Source of the DNA: an uncultured Gammaproteobacteria bacterium
GTDB taxonomy: Bacteria; Pseudomonadota; Gammaproteobacteria; SZUA-140
NCBI GenBank assembly: GCA_945787155.1
Contig: CALZHD010000003.1
Location: 2,455 to 66,454 of the forward strand
Direction: 5' to 3'
Length of the DNA: 64,000 nt
This document shows, one piece after another, positions 43,037-53,584 of this stretch. Each line of letters starts with the position of its first letter. Within the stretch, counting starts at the first letter, position 1. The notes beneath the pieces are model-generated. The model had not been told where the DNA came from. It made no database searches and saw nothing but the letters and a program-made list of their open reading frames with translations. The translations under genes were made by a program, and so were the position numbers.

Positions 43037-44017
43037 ATGTATCCAAAGGCTGTTGCCATACATAAAAAAATCATTGCTGTTCTGGGGGGAACCGGCTTTG
43101 TCGGCCAGCACCTAGTACGCGCACTTTCTGAAGCGGGTTATCAGGTACGCGTACTGGCACGGCATCGCGAACGTTGTCGTGAACTACTCGTATTACCACG
43201 TGTCAGCGTGATCGATACTGACATCATGACCCTCTCCAACCTGCACCAGCACCTTGCCGGCTGCAGCGCGGTCATCAACCTGGTCGCTGTACTGAATGAA
43301 AATAAGAAGGGGGATTTTCAGCGCCTGCACGTCGAACTGCCACGCATGATCATCGATGCCTGTGTTGCCAATAAAATCAATCGCATCATCCACATGAGCG
43401 CGCTTAACGCCTATGCCGGCAAGGCACCAAGCCGCTACCTCACCAGCAAGGGTGAAGGTGAAGACACCATGCACATGGCTGCCGATGAAGGAATCAATGT
43501 TACCAGCCTGCGCCCATCGGTGATTTTTGGCCCCGGCGATCACCTTTTCAACCGCTTTGCATCATTGCTCAAATTCGTCCTGCATCTGCCGTTAGCGTGC
43601 CCCAATGCTCGCTTCGCACCGGTCTATGTGGGTGATGTGGTCGATGTGGTCATCAAGTCACTCAACGAAAAAGCGACTTTCGGGCAGCGCTACGACCTCT
43701 GTGGTCCAAGAGTCTACACCCTGCAACAACTGGTGGCATTCACCATCAAGACCCTTGGTATTAAACGCAGGGTGATCCCGCTGGGCGATGGGTTATCAAA
43801 ACTGCAGGCACGTATCATGGGACTGCTACCGGGCAAGCCACTGACCTACGATAATTACCTCTCGATGCAGGTCGATAATATCAGCAGAGAACAATTCCCC
43901 GAGCTCTTCGGCATCACCCCTCAATCAATCGAAGCCATCGTGCCGCGCTATCTGATGAATCAGAATCAGCGCGGTCAATTTAATCGCTTCCGTCTCTATG
44001 CGGGACGTGATGACTAA
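43037..44017 (+). CDS. NAD(P)-binding SDR-family protein (NDUFA9-like / NmrA-like epimerase-dehydratase fold)
   Basis: GGTGFVG Rossmann motif and a YxxxK context. Start set at the ATG with GGGAGAGG placed 4 nt upstream; a TATAAT box lies at about 42963. Confidence 0.75.
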   Translation: MYPKAVAIHKKIIAVLGGTGFVGQHLVRALSEAGYQVRVLARHRERCRELLVLPRVSVIDTDIMTLSNLHQHLAGCSAVINLVAVLNENKKGDFQRLHVELPRMIIDACVANKINRIIHMSALNAYAGKAPSRYLTSKGEGEDTMHMAADEGINVTSLRPSVIFGPGDHLFNRFASLLKFVLHLPLACPNARFAPVYVGDVVDVVIKSLNEKATFGQRYDLCGPRVYTLQQLVAFTIKTLGIKRRVIPLGDGLSKLQARIMGLLPGKPLTYDNYLSMQVDNISREQFPELFGITPQSIEAIVPRYLMNQNQRGQFNRFRLYAGRDD

Positions 44018-44044
44018 ATCTCACCACTAAGGGGCCCACCATAG

Positions 44045-45268
44045 ATGGAAATCTACATGGTTGGAGGCGCGGTGCGCGACAAACTGCTGGGACTGCCAAT
44101 CAAGGATCGCGACTGGGTGGTGGTCGGTGCCACCCCCGAAGAGATGTTGGCACAGGGTTACACGCAGGTGGGACAGGACTTTCCGGTCTTTTTGCATCCC
44201 GAGACCAAAGAGGAATACGCGCTCGCGCGTACCGAACGCAAAACTGCCGTTGGCTACAAGGGCTTTGAGGTACACGCATCACCCGATGTGACACTGGCGC
44301 AGGATCTCGAACGCCGCGACCTTACCATCAATGCAATGGCACTGACCCTCGACGGCGAACTGGTCGACCCACTCAACGGCAGCCGCGACCTGCAACAGAA
44401 ACTACTACGGCATGTATCCCCCGCCTTTGTCGAAGACCCGGTACGGGTACTGCGCGTGGCGCGCTTTGCCACCCGCCTGGTACCACTCGGTTTTACGATC
44501 GCCGATGAGACTCAGGCACTATTACGCCAGATCGTCGAGGCTGGCGAAGTCGATGCACTGGTGCCTGAGCGCGTCTGGGCCGAAATCGAACGCGCGCTCA
44601 ACGAATCTCTCCCCTCCATCTTCTTCACCACCCTGCGCGACTGTGGCGCACTGGCACGCATCCTGCCGGAGGTCAATGCACTGTTTGGCGTGCCACAACC
44701 GGAGAAACATCACCCGGAAATCGACACCGGTATTCACACCATGATGGTGATCGATTGCGCCGCAAAATTAAGCACCGATGCGGAAGTGCGCTTCGCCGCG
44801 CTGTGCCATGACCTCGGCAAGGGCAACACCCCACGTGAACAATGGCCCAGCCACCACGGCCACGAGGAGCGCGGTGCAAAACTGCTACTATCCCTATGCC
44901 AGCGACTGCGCGTCCCAAAAAACTTTCGCGAACTGGCACTGCTGGCGGCACGCTACCATACCCACTGCCACCGCGCCGCGGAACTGCGTCCGGATACCCT
45001 ACTAAAAACGCTGGAGTCACTCGATGCCTTCCGTCGTCCCGAGCGACTGACGCAGTTCCTGCTTGCGTGCAAGGCAGACTCACGTGGGCGTACTGGTTAC
45101 GAGGAGACTGAATACCCACAGGCAAAACGTTTTGAACTCGCTTATCAGGCAGCCGTAGAAATCGATATCCACACCCTTGTCGAGCAGGGCTACAATGGCA
45201 AGGCACTGGCCAATGAGATCCATAGCACGCGCGTGCGCACAATCCACACTGCATTATCAGGAAAATAA
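44045..45268 (+). CDS. cca: Multifunctional CCA tRNA nucleotidyltransferase with HD phosphohydrolase domain
   Basis: Collinear with E. coli Cca (MEIYMVGGAVRD...RDLTINA...HD domain HDLGKG). Confidence 0.95.
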   Translation: MEIYMVGGAVRDKLLGLPIKDRDWVVVGATPEEMLAQGYTQVGQDFPVFLHPETKEEYALARTERKTAVGYKGFEVHASPDVTLAQDLERRDLTINAMALTLDGELVDPLNGSRDLQQKLLRHVSPAFVEDPVRVLRVARFATRLVPLGFTIADETQALLRQIVEAGEVDALVPERVWAEIERALNESLPSIFFTTLRDCGALARILPEVNALFGVPQPEKHHPEIDTGIHTMMVIDCAAKLSTDAEVRFAALCHDLGKGNTPREQWPSHHGHEERGAKLLLSLCQRLRVPKNFRELALLAARYHTHCHRAAELRPDTLLKTLESLDAFRRPERLTQFLLACKADSRGRTGYEETEYPQAKRFELAYQAAVEIDIHTLVEQGYNGKALANEIHSTRVRTIHTALSGK

Positions 45269-45417
45269 TACTTTCTACACAGCGTGTAGGCATCACTTAC
45301 GGCATCCTGCCCGTTTATTAAACTTTATCAATTCATGTGCGATACAGGTATAATAGCCGCGAGCGGCACACGACCCAACCAGTTTCAACAAATAACGCCG
45401 CACCGTAAGAGAAAAAG

Positions 45418-45762
45418 ATGTCGCATAACGCCGGGAACAATCAAATCATCATTGAAGGCGTCTGCCAGGACGGTCGCAAGTTCCGACCATCAGACTGGGT
45501 AGAGCGTATTTCATCCGCGCTGGCCAGCTTCGGTCCTGACCACAAATTACGCTACTCCGAACATGTGCAACCCTGCATTATCAACGGCGCACGCTGCCTG
45601 ATAGTATCACGCGGGTTAAGCCTTAATGATCCTGAGGCATTTAGTTTCATTCTTCAGTTTGCGCGCAAAAATCAACTACGTATCCAGGAAGAACACCTTA
45701 TAAAAGAGTGGGGATACGAACTCTCTGATGACGACAATAATGACTTGTTAGCCAACGCCTGA
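45418..45762 (+). CDS. Small conserved hypothetical protein (DUF3579-like)
   Basis: 114 aa, acidic C-terminus. The family assignment is from memory and was not verified. A -10 TATAAT sits at about 45339. Confidence 0.5.
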   Translation: MSHNAGNNQIIIEGVCQDGRKFRPSDWVERISSALASFGPDHKLRYSEHVQPCIINGARCLIVSRGLSLNDPEAFSFILQFARKNQLRIQEEHLIKEWGYELSDDDNNDLLANA

Positions 45763-46027
45763 GCACCACTGGCGATACAATATTCCCCATCAAAAAGCCA
45801 CATCACCCAATAATCAGCTCTAGTAGCAAATTACAGACCACTATTTACAACCGTTTGAAATCCATAAACATCAGCTAAAAATACACTATCTTCGCTAACA
45901 TCGCGTAAACCAGGGTATTGACGCGTACCGTTGAGACATGACAATGTAGCTTACCGACGAGCCATTTTTGGGCCAGAAAAAAGTCGGCACAAAAGAGGCT
46001 TTGAACCACACATATGGAGGGAAAAAT

Positions 46028-46273
46028 ATGTACGGAGAACGGCACCAGCTAACTCACGAGTTCCCTGAGTTACAAACCACTATTCATCATCTCAAAGATC
46101 AGGACGGAGATTTCGCCGATCTTCTGAAAGAATACGAAAACACAGATAAGACAATTCATGTCCTGGAAAAACAGATGCAACCCACCACGGATGCACGCAT
46201 GCTCGATCTTAAAGTTAAACGACTTAACCTCAAGGACCAATTATACAGCGCTTTGAAGCAGCATCATTCATAA
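46028..46273 (+). CDS. YdcH-like (DUF465) small protein
   Basis: 81 aa from the ATG with GGAGGG upstream. Coiled-coil-like (HQLTHEFPELQTTIHHLKDQDGDF...), resembling YdcH-family proteins. Confidence 0.55.
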   Translation: MYGERHQLTHEFPELQTTIHHLKDQDGDFADLLKEYENTDKTIHVLEKQMQPTTDARMLDLKVKRLNLKDQLYSALKQHHS

Positions 46274-46327
46274 GCGAAATCGACAGTGCGTTCAAGCAGA
46301 GTAAACTGTTTGTTACAGGTTAAGAAG

Positions 46328-46367
46328 CCTCGCGACTACGATAGCTTATGCCATCGCAGTCGCGAGG
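46328..46367. terminator. Imperfect 16-17-bp hairpin between convergent genes (putative bidirectional terminator)
   Basis: CCTCGCGACT...AGTCGCGAGG is a perfect 10-bp outer stem, with a partly paired inner stem and loop TTATG. It sits 5 bp from the stop of the minus-strand operon. Confidence 0.4.
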
Positions 46368-46372
46368 ACTGA

Positions 46373-47398
46373 TCAGGCATTAAGATAGTTCACCCGCTCC
46401 ATCAAATAACAGAGACAGTCCTGTCTCACCACCTTTTTGTCCTGAGTCAACATTGATGGCACTAACGGTATTCGGGTACGAATCTCACCGTCCTGATAAC
46501 TGAAATAGCGATCACCAACATCCTCTCCCTGCTCATTACGGACATCGAGTGACACAGCACCACGCTCAATGCGCCCCAATAGCGTTCCGCTTGCCAGCTC
46601 CGAGAAATTGAAGCGGTCAACATCTGCCACCATTTGCAGCGCAGCCTTATCAGCACCAAAACCGATCGTAACAGCTTGCGGCACCTTCACGATGGCGACG
46701 GTATGAAACAGATCGATATCGCGTACGCTGAGTGACTGTTGCGGCAAATGCTCAAGGTGTAGACAGCTTTTGAGAAACTCATAAGCGTGCTCAACTCCAA
46801 AAGGCTGCCCCGGCCGACCACACTCCAGTGTCACCGCAGGACAGAGCCGTGAAAATGCCATCGACTGTACCGTATCGGGCCGTAGAAAATAGACCACAGT
46901 ACGACTGAATCGTTGCGCCAGATGGAGAAACTCAGGGGCCAGACTATTAACACATGCATAGTGTGGATTGGTACCTGTATTGTTATGGATATCGATACTG
47001 ACAAACACCTTGCGTAAGCACATCTCATCGATCACCTGCCGCGTCATCAGATGTTCAGCGCCATTCCCGTCCGACCACACCCGATTATAGTCTGGCTGGC
47101 CATCCAGGTGACGTCGCCCCTGCGCCGCCGCCGTTATATTACCGATAAATATTGACAACGCGCGAGGCAGTGCAGATGAGCGATATTCCCGTAATAACTT
47201 GCATAGTGCCAGCCAACCACTCACTTCATTGCCATGCAGCAGCACCGAGACAAACAGTGGCGCTGACCGCTTCCCCGGTAGATGGATTAACGTCGGTCCC
47301 GATAACCTCTGAGCCAACTGGCTCGCCTCCAGCGCTAATAGCCCATCAGGCAAGGCATCCAATATTGTCAGCATTCTCGTCTCACTCACACGCTCCAT
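46373..47398 (-). CDS. AstE/AspA-family (M14-like) zinc deacylase/carboxypeptidase
   Basis: 341 aa with the HGNE zinc-binding motif (LLHGNEVSG) and a downstream DIHN motif. This is the succinylglutamate desuccinylase/aspartoacylase superfamily; the substrate is unknown. Confidence 0.7.
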   Translation of the reverse strand: MERVSETRMLTILDALPDGLLALEASQLAQRLSGPTLIHLPGKRSAPLFVSVLLHGNEVSGWLALCKLLREYRSSALPRALSIFIGNITAAAQGRRHLDGQPDYNRVWSDGNGAEHLMTRQVIDEMCLRKVFVSIDIHNNTGTNPHYACVNSLAPEFLHLAQRFSRTVVYFLRPDTVQSMAFSRLCPAVTLECGRPGQPFGVEHAYEFLKSCLHLEHLPQQSLSVRDIDLFHTVAIVKVPQAVTIGFGADKAALQMVADVDRFNFSELASGTLLGRIERGAVSLDVRNEQGEDVGDRYFSYQDGEIRTRIPLVPSMLTQDKKVVRQDCLCYLMERVNYLNA

Positions 47399-48822
47399 TC
47401 ATGTACTGGCTCACCATTATGCTGGCGCTCCATATAGGCGCTCGCCAGCTGCTGCATATCAGCACCGTGTCGTTTCACATAGGCGCGCTGCCACACCGCG
47501 CCGTTTTGTCTGCGGCGCACGCGCTGCTCAATCACCCCAAGATAGCGACTGATATCAGATGCTGAGATCTGTAACGCCTCAAGCCCACTCTGCGCGAGTG
47601 GCAACAACTCTTCCAACAGCAACTCCGCCATACAAATGGTTTTGCCTCGCAGCCACTTCGGTCGCGACTGCAATCCGTAGCGAGCAGCACCGTAAAAGTT
47701 CGCTCTACAATCTTCAAACTGAAGCTGCGACTCAGGCGCTGTCACCGCACTGCCCATCGCCTGCACCAGGCCAAAAAATAATGCGGCGTTAGCAACACAA
47801 TCAATCACTGTCGGCCCAGCCGGTACGACGCGGTGCTCAATCCGCAGGTGTGGCACACCGTTGTCAAAACCGATCAGCGGACGGTTCCAGCGCCAGATAG
47901 TCCCGTTATGCAACCGCACATATGCCAGCTTGTCGCTCACATCCCCCAGCACTACCGGTAACAATACCGGGTAGTACGCCAGGTTCTCTTCAAAACACTC
48001 CAGCAGCGACTCCTTCGCATAACCAAAACCAAAGCTAACACGGTCAACAATATTGTTATCACGGCCAACTCCGCATCGCTCCACTGCCACCGACTGCTCA
48101 AACAGAGGAATGCGCGTCTCATCCCACAACGCCTTGCCAAACAGATAGGGTGAATTTGCCGAGACCGCCACCATCGGCGCAGAAAGAATCTGAGCCGCAT
48201 TATAAAAACGCACCGCATTCGCCATGCTGACCTGAAAGTGAATCTGGAACGAAGTCGCTGCTGCTTCGAGCATCACATCTCGATGCGTGGTACGCAAAGA
48301 CTCAATGCCGTGAATATCGAGTGCCAGCGGGAGCCCTTTACGCCGCCGAAACACCTGTTCATTGAGGGCTCGGAAACGCTCGGTGGAAGACATATTGGCC
48401 AGTGTCAATTCGTGCTCACGCACCGTCGGTAGAATCCCGATCATCTGCAGCGACGCATCAAGCTGTGTCGCAATCTGGCAGGAGTGACGCCATGTTTCAG
48501 CAAGACCTGTCTCAATCGCATTCAGCGCACCACCACTCAAGCGCTGTGGATCACCATTAAGCTCTACATTGAATTTAGCCAGCTCGGGGACTACAAGTGG
48601 GTTGTCTGAAAGATGCAGAAACGACTCATTGACAGGCACAGGACGACAACGGCTATCGACCAACCACGCCTCCAGCTCAAAGCCACCTCGAGGCCACTCA
48701 TCGATAAAACGCTGCTCACTGAACCATCGCCGCAGCAATCCTGTCTCCTCATGTAACCGTTTTGAGAATCTTTCAAAGTCCTGCTCACAAAAATGGCTAC
48801 TCGGGATATCCTCGCCCATCAA
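47386..48822 (-). CDS. Glutamate-cysteine-ligase-superfamily carboxylate-amine ligase (GshA-like)
   Basis: 478 aa. Motifs align with E. coli GshA by eye: GFELEAWLV versus GLERETLRV (ExE), HFQVS versus HYNFSL, and NSPYLFG versus IPYLFGASP. It overlaps the downstream deacylase by 13 bp. Confidence 0.55.
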   Translation of the reverse strand: MMGEDIPSSHFCEQDFERFSKRLHEETGLLRRWFSEQRFIDEWPRGGFELEAWLVDSRCRPVPVNESFLHLSDNPLVVPELAKFNVELNGDPQRLSGGALNAIETGLAETWRHSCQIATQLDASLQMIGILPTVREHELTLANMSSTERFRALNEQVFRRRKGLPLALDIHGIESLRTTHRDVMLEAAATSFQIHFQVSMANAVRFYNAAQILSAPMVAVSANSPYLFGKALWDETRIPLFEQSVAVERCGVGRDNNIVDRVSFGFGYAKESLLECFEENLAYYPVLLPVVLGDVSDKLAYVRLHNGTIWRWNRPLIGFDNGVPHLRIEHRVVPAGPTVIDCVANAALFFGLVQAMGSAVTAPESQLQFEDCRANFYGAARYGLQSRPKWLRGKTICMAELLLEELLPLAQSGLEALQISASDISRYLGVIEQRVRRRQNGAVWQRAYVKRHGADMQQLASAYMERQHNGEPVHEWSV

Positions 48823-48844
48823 CTACCTCATTTCCGGCCGCAAC

Positions 48845-49543
<699 letters not shown>

Positions 49544-49614
49544 TCATAAAACAAAACGCCCGGAAGACCGGGCATTTTTATAACTAAGGTGTATCACACT
49601 CTCAATTTCCCATG

Positions 49615-50442
49615 TCAAGGAAAACCAAGTCTACTATTCGGATCAGGGTTCAGCTCAGCACGCCGAAAGAGATTTTCATCCGCCAGATACTGTTCGTAAC
49701 TACCACCATCCCAGGAGGTATACACACCGCCACTACTACCGAAACCAACGCCCGGCGTGTATATATAACGTCCGGCACTAATGATTTGATTGACGTTAGA
49801 CTTGTCACTGAAGAAACTCGGGATTACCTTATTGTCATAATCACCAGCATTAACAAATGCATCCTGTAGCAACTGCAACTTAATCGAAACATCACCAGCA
49901 GTATCGAGGTTGCTATAATCGATAGCGCTCATATCCGCCTCAAAAGTCATCAACAATTCACTATTTTCTACCGATTGAGTGATCAGTGGTTTAAAAGCGA
50001 GTTCCTCTTTGATAAACCACTGGGTCATCTCAGCATCCTTAACCATCGTGCGCATGGCAACACGCGTTGGGTTACCGTCACCACTGAACTCACTGGCTGA
50101 ACGCGGGAAGTTATTCGGGTAACAACAGCCACCAGTACGAATGTAGACTTCCTGAACGAAGTCACTTGTTGGGTCGCCAACAACCGAATGGTAATAAGTA
50201 TTACCGTCAACAAAGAGCAATTCCTGAAGAAAAGGCGTTGAATTGGTGTAAGCACCGGTATCACCACCCAAAGCACAGCGAGACTCAACACCACCTCGTT
50301 TACAATCAATGGTGAAGCTTCGAAATATATCCGCTTCATTGGCAAAACCAAACTGAAATGCGGCCTGTGCATTTACTGCAAGCAACAACCCCAATGTGCC
50401 CATCGAAAACCGCAGCACGTAACTACAGACTTTATTCACCAT
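49615..50442 (-). CDS. Secreted hypothetical protein with 4 Cys
   Basis: 275 aa with a signal peptide (MVNKVCSYVLRFSMGTLGLLLAVNAQA) and a GGGG RBS. No recognisable domain. Two Cys pairs (CKRGGVESRC and GGCC). The gene and its 280-bp upstream region look AT-richer by eye than the flanking genes. Confidence 0.55.
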   Translation of the reverse strand: MVNKVCSYVLRFSMGTLGLLLAVNAQAAFQFGFANEADIFRSFTIDCKRGGVESRCALGGDTGAYTNSTPFLQELLFVDGNTYYHSVVGDPTSDFVQEVYIRTGGCCYPNNFPRSASEFSGDGNPTRVAMRTMVKDAEMTQWFIKEELAFKPLITQSVENSELLMTFEADMSAIDYSNLDTAGDVSIKLQLLQDAFVNAGDYDNKVIPSFFSDKSNVNQIISAGRYIYTPGVGFGSSGGVYTSWDGGSYEQYLADENLFRRAELNPDPNSRLGFP

Positions 50443-50721
50443 ATCACCCCGCCCTCAAAGCCCCAGAACCCTCAAAACCCTTATCAACTTTTTATTATTT
50501 CCCCTCGCAGTGATTCTAAACACAAAATGCCCCGCCATGTCAATCTAACAGAAAAGAGATTAAACCAACAAACCAATAATTATCAAAAGGTTAGCGAAGC
50601 AATAGAAATGCACACCAAAAAAATGACGTTCGTTTATCAAATAAATCGTACAGAAATAACCACATCATTCATGTCTATAATAGAGCAAAAAATAAAGCCA
50701 GAATCTAACCTTCAATCAAAG

Positions 50722-51759
50722 CTATTCTGATTTTTGCGCACGTTCAAATAACGCAATCACTGCATCACGCGGTGTACGATGCTCATATAGAACACTATAA
50801 ACCTGCTCTGCGATAGGCATTTCAACATTACATCGCCGCGCCAACTGCCTTACCTCTCGCGCTGTCTGCACCCCCTCCACGGCTTGCCCTATCGACTGTA
50901 ATGCTGACGACAACGTCTCGCCCTTTGCAAGCGCAAGTCCCATACGACGATTGCGTGACTGATTGTCGGTACAGGTCAACACCAAGTCCCCCAACCCTGC
51001 CAGACCAGTAAAGGTCTCTGCCTGACCACCAAGCGCGATGCCCAGGCGAGTAATTTCAGCCAGGCCACGAGTAATTAATGCCGCCCGTGCATTAGCCCCA
51101 AAACCAAGCCCATCAGAAATTCCAGCCGCAATCGCAAGCACATTTTTTACTGCGCCACCGACCTCAACACCCACCATATCCCGAGAGCTATAGGCTCGAA
51201 AAGTATCATTGTGCAGTGCGCAAGCAAGGTCATGAGAAAATTGAACATCACTCGATGCCACTGTTAATGCCGTTGGCAAACCAGCAGCGACCTCATGAGC
51301 AAAACTAGGGCCAGAGATAACCGCTAACGCAATCCTCTCCCCACAAATCTCTTTAGCGACTTGATGTAGCAGCTTTCCACTCCCAGGATCAAACCCCTTA
51401 GTCGCCCAGGCAATACGCACCTGCGGCGCAAACATCGGTCGACACATCTCAAGTACTGAACGAAACGCCTCGCTGGGAACGGCGACCATTACATCATTAC
51501 ATACCGCCAACACCCGCTTCAGGTCGGCATCAACGGTCAGTTTGTCTGGAAATTCAATATCAGGAAGGAAATCAATATTGCGACGCTGCTCACGCATCAC
51601 GTCAACCTGTGCAGCATCATTACTCCACAAAATTACATCACGTCCATTGCGTGCAATCAGGGTTGCAAGCGCGCTCCCCCAGGAGCCCGCGCCCAATATC
51701 GCTAGCGGCCGTAGCGACTGATTCGCTGCATCACTACCTTGCATCTGCACTATCTCCAA
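50722..51759 (-). CDS. gpsA: NAD(P)H-dependent glycerol-3-phosphate dehydrogenase
   Basis: 345 aa with a Rossmann motif (ILGAGSWGSALA) and full-length GpsA similarity, downstream of secB. Confidence 0.9.
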   Translation of the reverse strand: MEIVQMQGSDAANQSLRPLAILGAGSWGSALATLIARNGRDVILWSNDAAQVDVMREQRRNIDFLPDIEFPDKLTVDADLKRVLAVCNDVMVAVPSEAFRSVLEMCRPMFAPQVRIAWATKGFDPGSGKLLHQVAKEICGERIALAVISGPSFAHEVAAGLPTALTVASSDVQFSHDLACALHNDTFRAYSSRDMVGVEVGGAVKNVLAIAAGISDGLGFGANARAALITRGLAEITRLGIALGGQAETFTGLAGLGDLVLTCTDNQSRNRRMGLALAKGETLSSALQSIGQAVEGVQTAREVRQLARRCNVEMPIAEQVYSVLYEHRTPRDAVIALFERAQKSE

Positions 51760-51783
51760 AGCTCTACCATCAATCGCGATGGT

Positions 51784-52278
51784 TTAATGCTGAACTTCGC
51801 CCTCACCACCTTCTTGTTGCCTCTTTTGCTGCTGGGCATACTCGGTATAGAGTGCATCGAAGTTAACCGGTGATAGCAGCAACTGTGGAAAACCACCACG
51901 AGTCACCAGGTCGGCTATCGTTTCGCGTGCAAAAGGAAACAAGATATTCGGACAATAACTGCCCACCATCGCTGACAACTCATCCTGACCGTATCCAGCA
52001 ATATTGAAGATTCCAGATTGTTGCACCTCTGTCAGATATGCGGTTTTTTCACCAATTTTAGCGGTTACAGTGACCGACAGGGTCACTTCATGAACGCCGT
52101 CGGCTAACACCACTGCCTTATTCCCCAGCTGCATATTGGTTTCCGGCTCCCACTTCTCCTGAAAAATATGCGGCGTATTTGGCGTCTCAAATGAGATATC
52201 ACGCACATAGATCTTCTGAATCGCAAACTGCTTTTCAGCGCCTGCGGTTTGCTCTTTTTTTTCATCTGTTTCCGACAT
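51784..52278 (-). CDS. secB: Protein-export chaperone SecB
   Basis: 164 aa with a typical SecB sequence (FAIQKIYVRDISFE...) and an acidic C-terminus. Confidence 0.9.
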   Translation of the reverse strand: MSETDEKKEQTAGAEKQFAIQKIYVRDISFETPNTPHIFQEKWEPETNMQLGNKAVVLADGVHEVTLSVTVTAKIGEKTAYLTEVQQSGIFNIAGYGQDELSAMVGSYCPNILFPFARETIADLVTRGGFPQLLLSPVNFDALYTEYAQQQKRQQEGGEGEVQH

Positions 52279-52341
52279 TATTCACCACCAATTTCAATTA
52301 ATTATTTTTGAATCAAGCAGGCTTGGCCGCTCCGCCATCAA

Positions 52342-52770
52342 TTACGACTCGACGCTTAATGGAAAGTTGGCACTCTTCCACGCTAGCAGACCACCCGAGA
52401 GCTTATAAATCGACGTAAAACCCTGCTTCTGCATGATAGCGCCTGCACGTGCAGACTGCTGACCGGCCTCACAATAAATCACCAACGGGCTTGCCTTAAA
52501 TTGTTCCATCTCATGCAAACGCTCTTCCAGCAATCCGAATGGAATATGGTGCGCATTGAGAATATGGCCTTTCTCAAAGTCATTACTATCACGCACATCA
52601 AGTATGACCGCATCCTCTCGATTAATCAGCTGTACCACCTCATTGGGCTTAACCTCTTTAAAGCCCAACAGCTTAGGTCGAATCATATTCATCCCCAGAA
52701 GGGTCAAAATAATAATCAGCGCCAGAAACAAAAACCAGTTGTTTACAATAAATTCGAAAAACTGTTGCAT
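52342..52770 (-). CDS. yibN: Membrane-anchored rhodanese-domain protein (YibN-like)
   Basis: Start refined to MQQFFEFIVNNWFLFLAL (TM helix), followed by a rhodanese domain with the active-site Cys (IYCEAGQQS). This is the E. coli yibN-(grxC)-secB-gpsA neighbourhood, with grxC absent here. Confidence 0.8.
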   Translation of the reverse strand: MQQFFEFIVNNWFLFLALIIILTLLGMNMIRPKLLGFKEVKPNEVVQLINREDAVILDVRDSNDFEKGHILNAHHIPFGLLEERLHEMEQFKASPLVIYCEAGQQSARAGAIMQKQGFTSIYKLSGGLLAWKSANFPLSVES

Positions 52771-52974
52771 ATAATCACCACTCTGCCGCGCCAGCGCAAA
52801 GCTGGTCGACACTCAATAAACATCAAGAATCTAAGAAAACTAAAGGCACGCAGTCTAGCCCATCTGCGTCAGAATTTCAGCGGGAAAATGTAAAGAGAAT
52901 GATATTTGCCGGCAGCACCGACATATTCAGAATATTACGATCAAATCGCAAAAAAGAAGATAACAACGCTCACA

Positions 52975-53292
52975 CTAATCGTCGCAGAACAGTTCACACA
53001 TCATATAAAACAGATCCAGCATGCTTGCGTCACTGACACTATACATCACGCGATTACCATCTTTATGTGTGGTGATTACCCCTTTGCCTTGCATGATTGA
53101 GATATGTTGCGAGACATTACTCTGTGAAGTGCCAAGCACCGCGATAATTTCCAATGCTGAGACTTCACGTCCACTATCCCCCAATAGACAGAGAATTTTC
53201 AACCGTAATGGATGAGACAAGGCTTTAAGCACCATCGAGGTTTGCACAAGCGCCCGTTCATTGACCACCCCAGCCTCTTGTCCCGCCCCCAT
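52975..53292 (-). CDS. ArsR/SmtB-family transcriptional regulator
   Basis: 105 aa with a winged-HTH signature (LKALSHPLRLKILCLL...SQSNVSQHISIM). The start may be an internal Met. Confidence 0.75.
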   Translation of the reverse strand: MGAGQEAGVVNERALVQTSMVLKALSHPLRLKILCLLGDSGREVSALEIIAVLGTSQSNVSQHISIMQGKGVITTHKDGNRVMYSVSDASMLDLFYMMCELFCDD

Positions 53293-53584
53293 GGCGATTC
53301 GCTCCTTAACCGGTTATAATTTACCCATTTTTCGATGCAGGGAATTCGTCAATATTGGCACTGCCTCTCAATAAAGATGGGCCAGGCCTGAACATCAATT
53401 CACTAAACAAATGCTTGATTTAAATGAATGAAACCTTAGCATGCCCCACCTTGCAACACCCAAGGTCAGGTGAGCCATAACACCCACACAAACAACCACT
53501 CAGTACCTGTATCATATCGAATAACTAGCTGATTTTATGTAGGTTTTATCTTACAAGGAAAATCAACAAGGACCCCCCTCAAAA

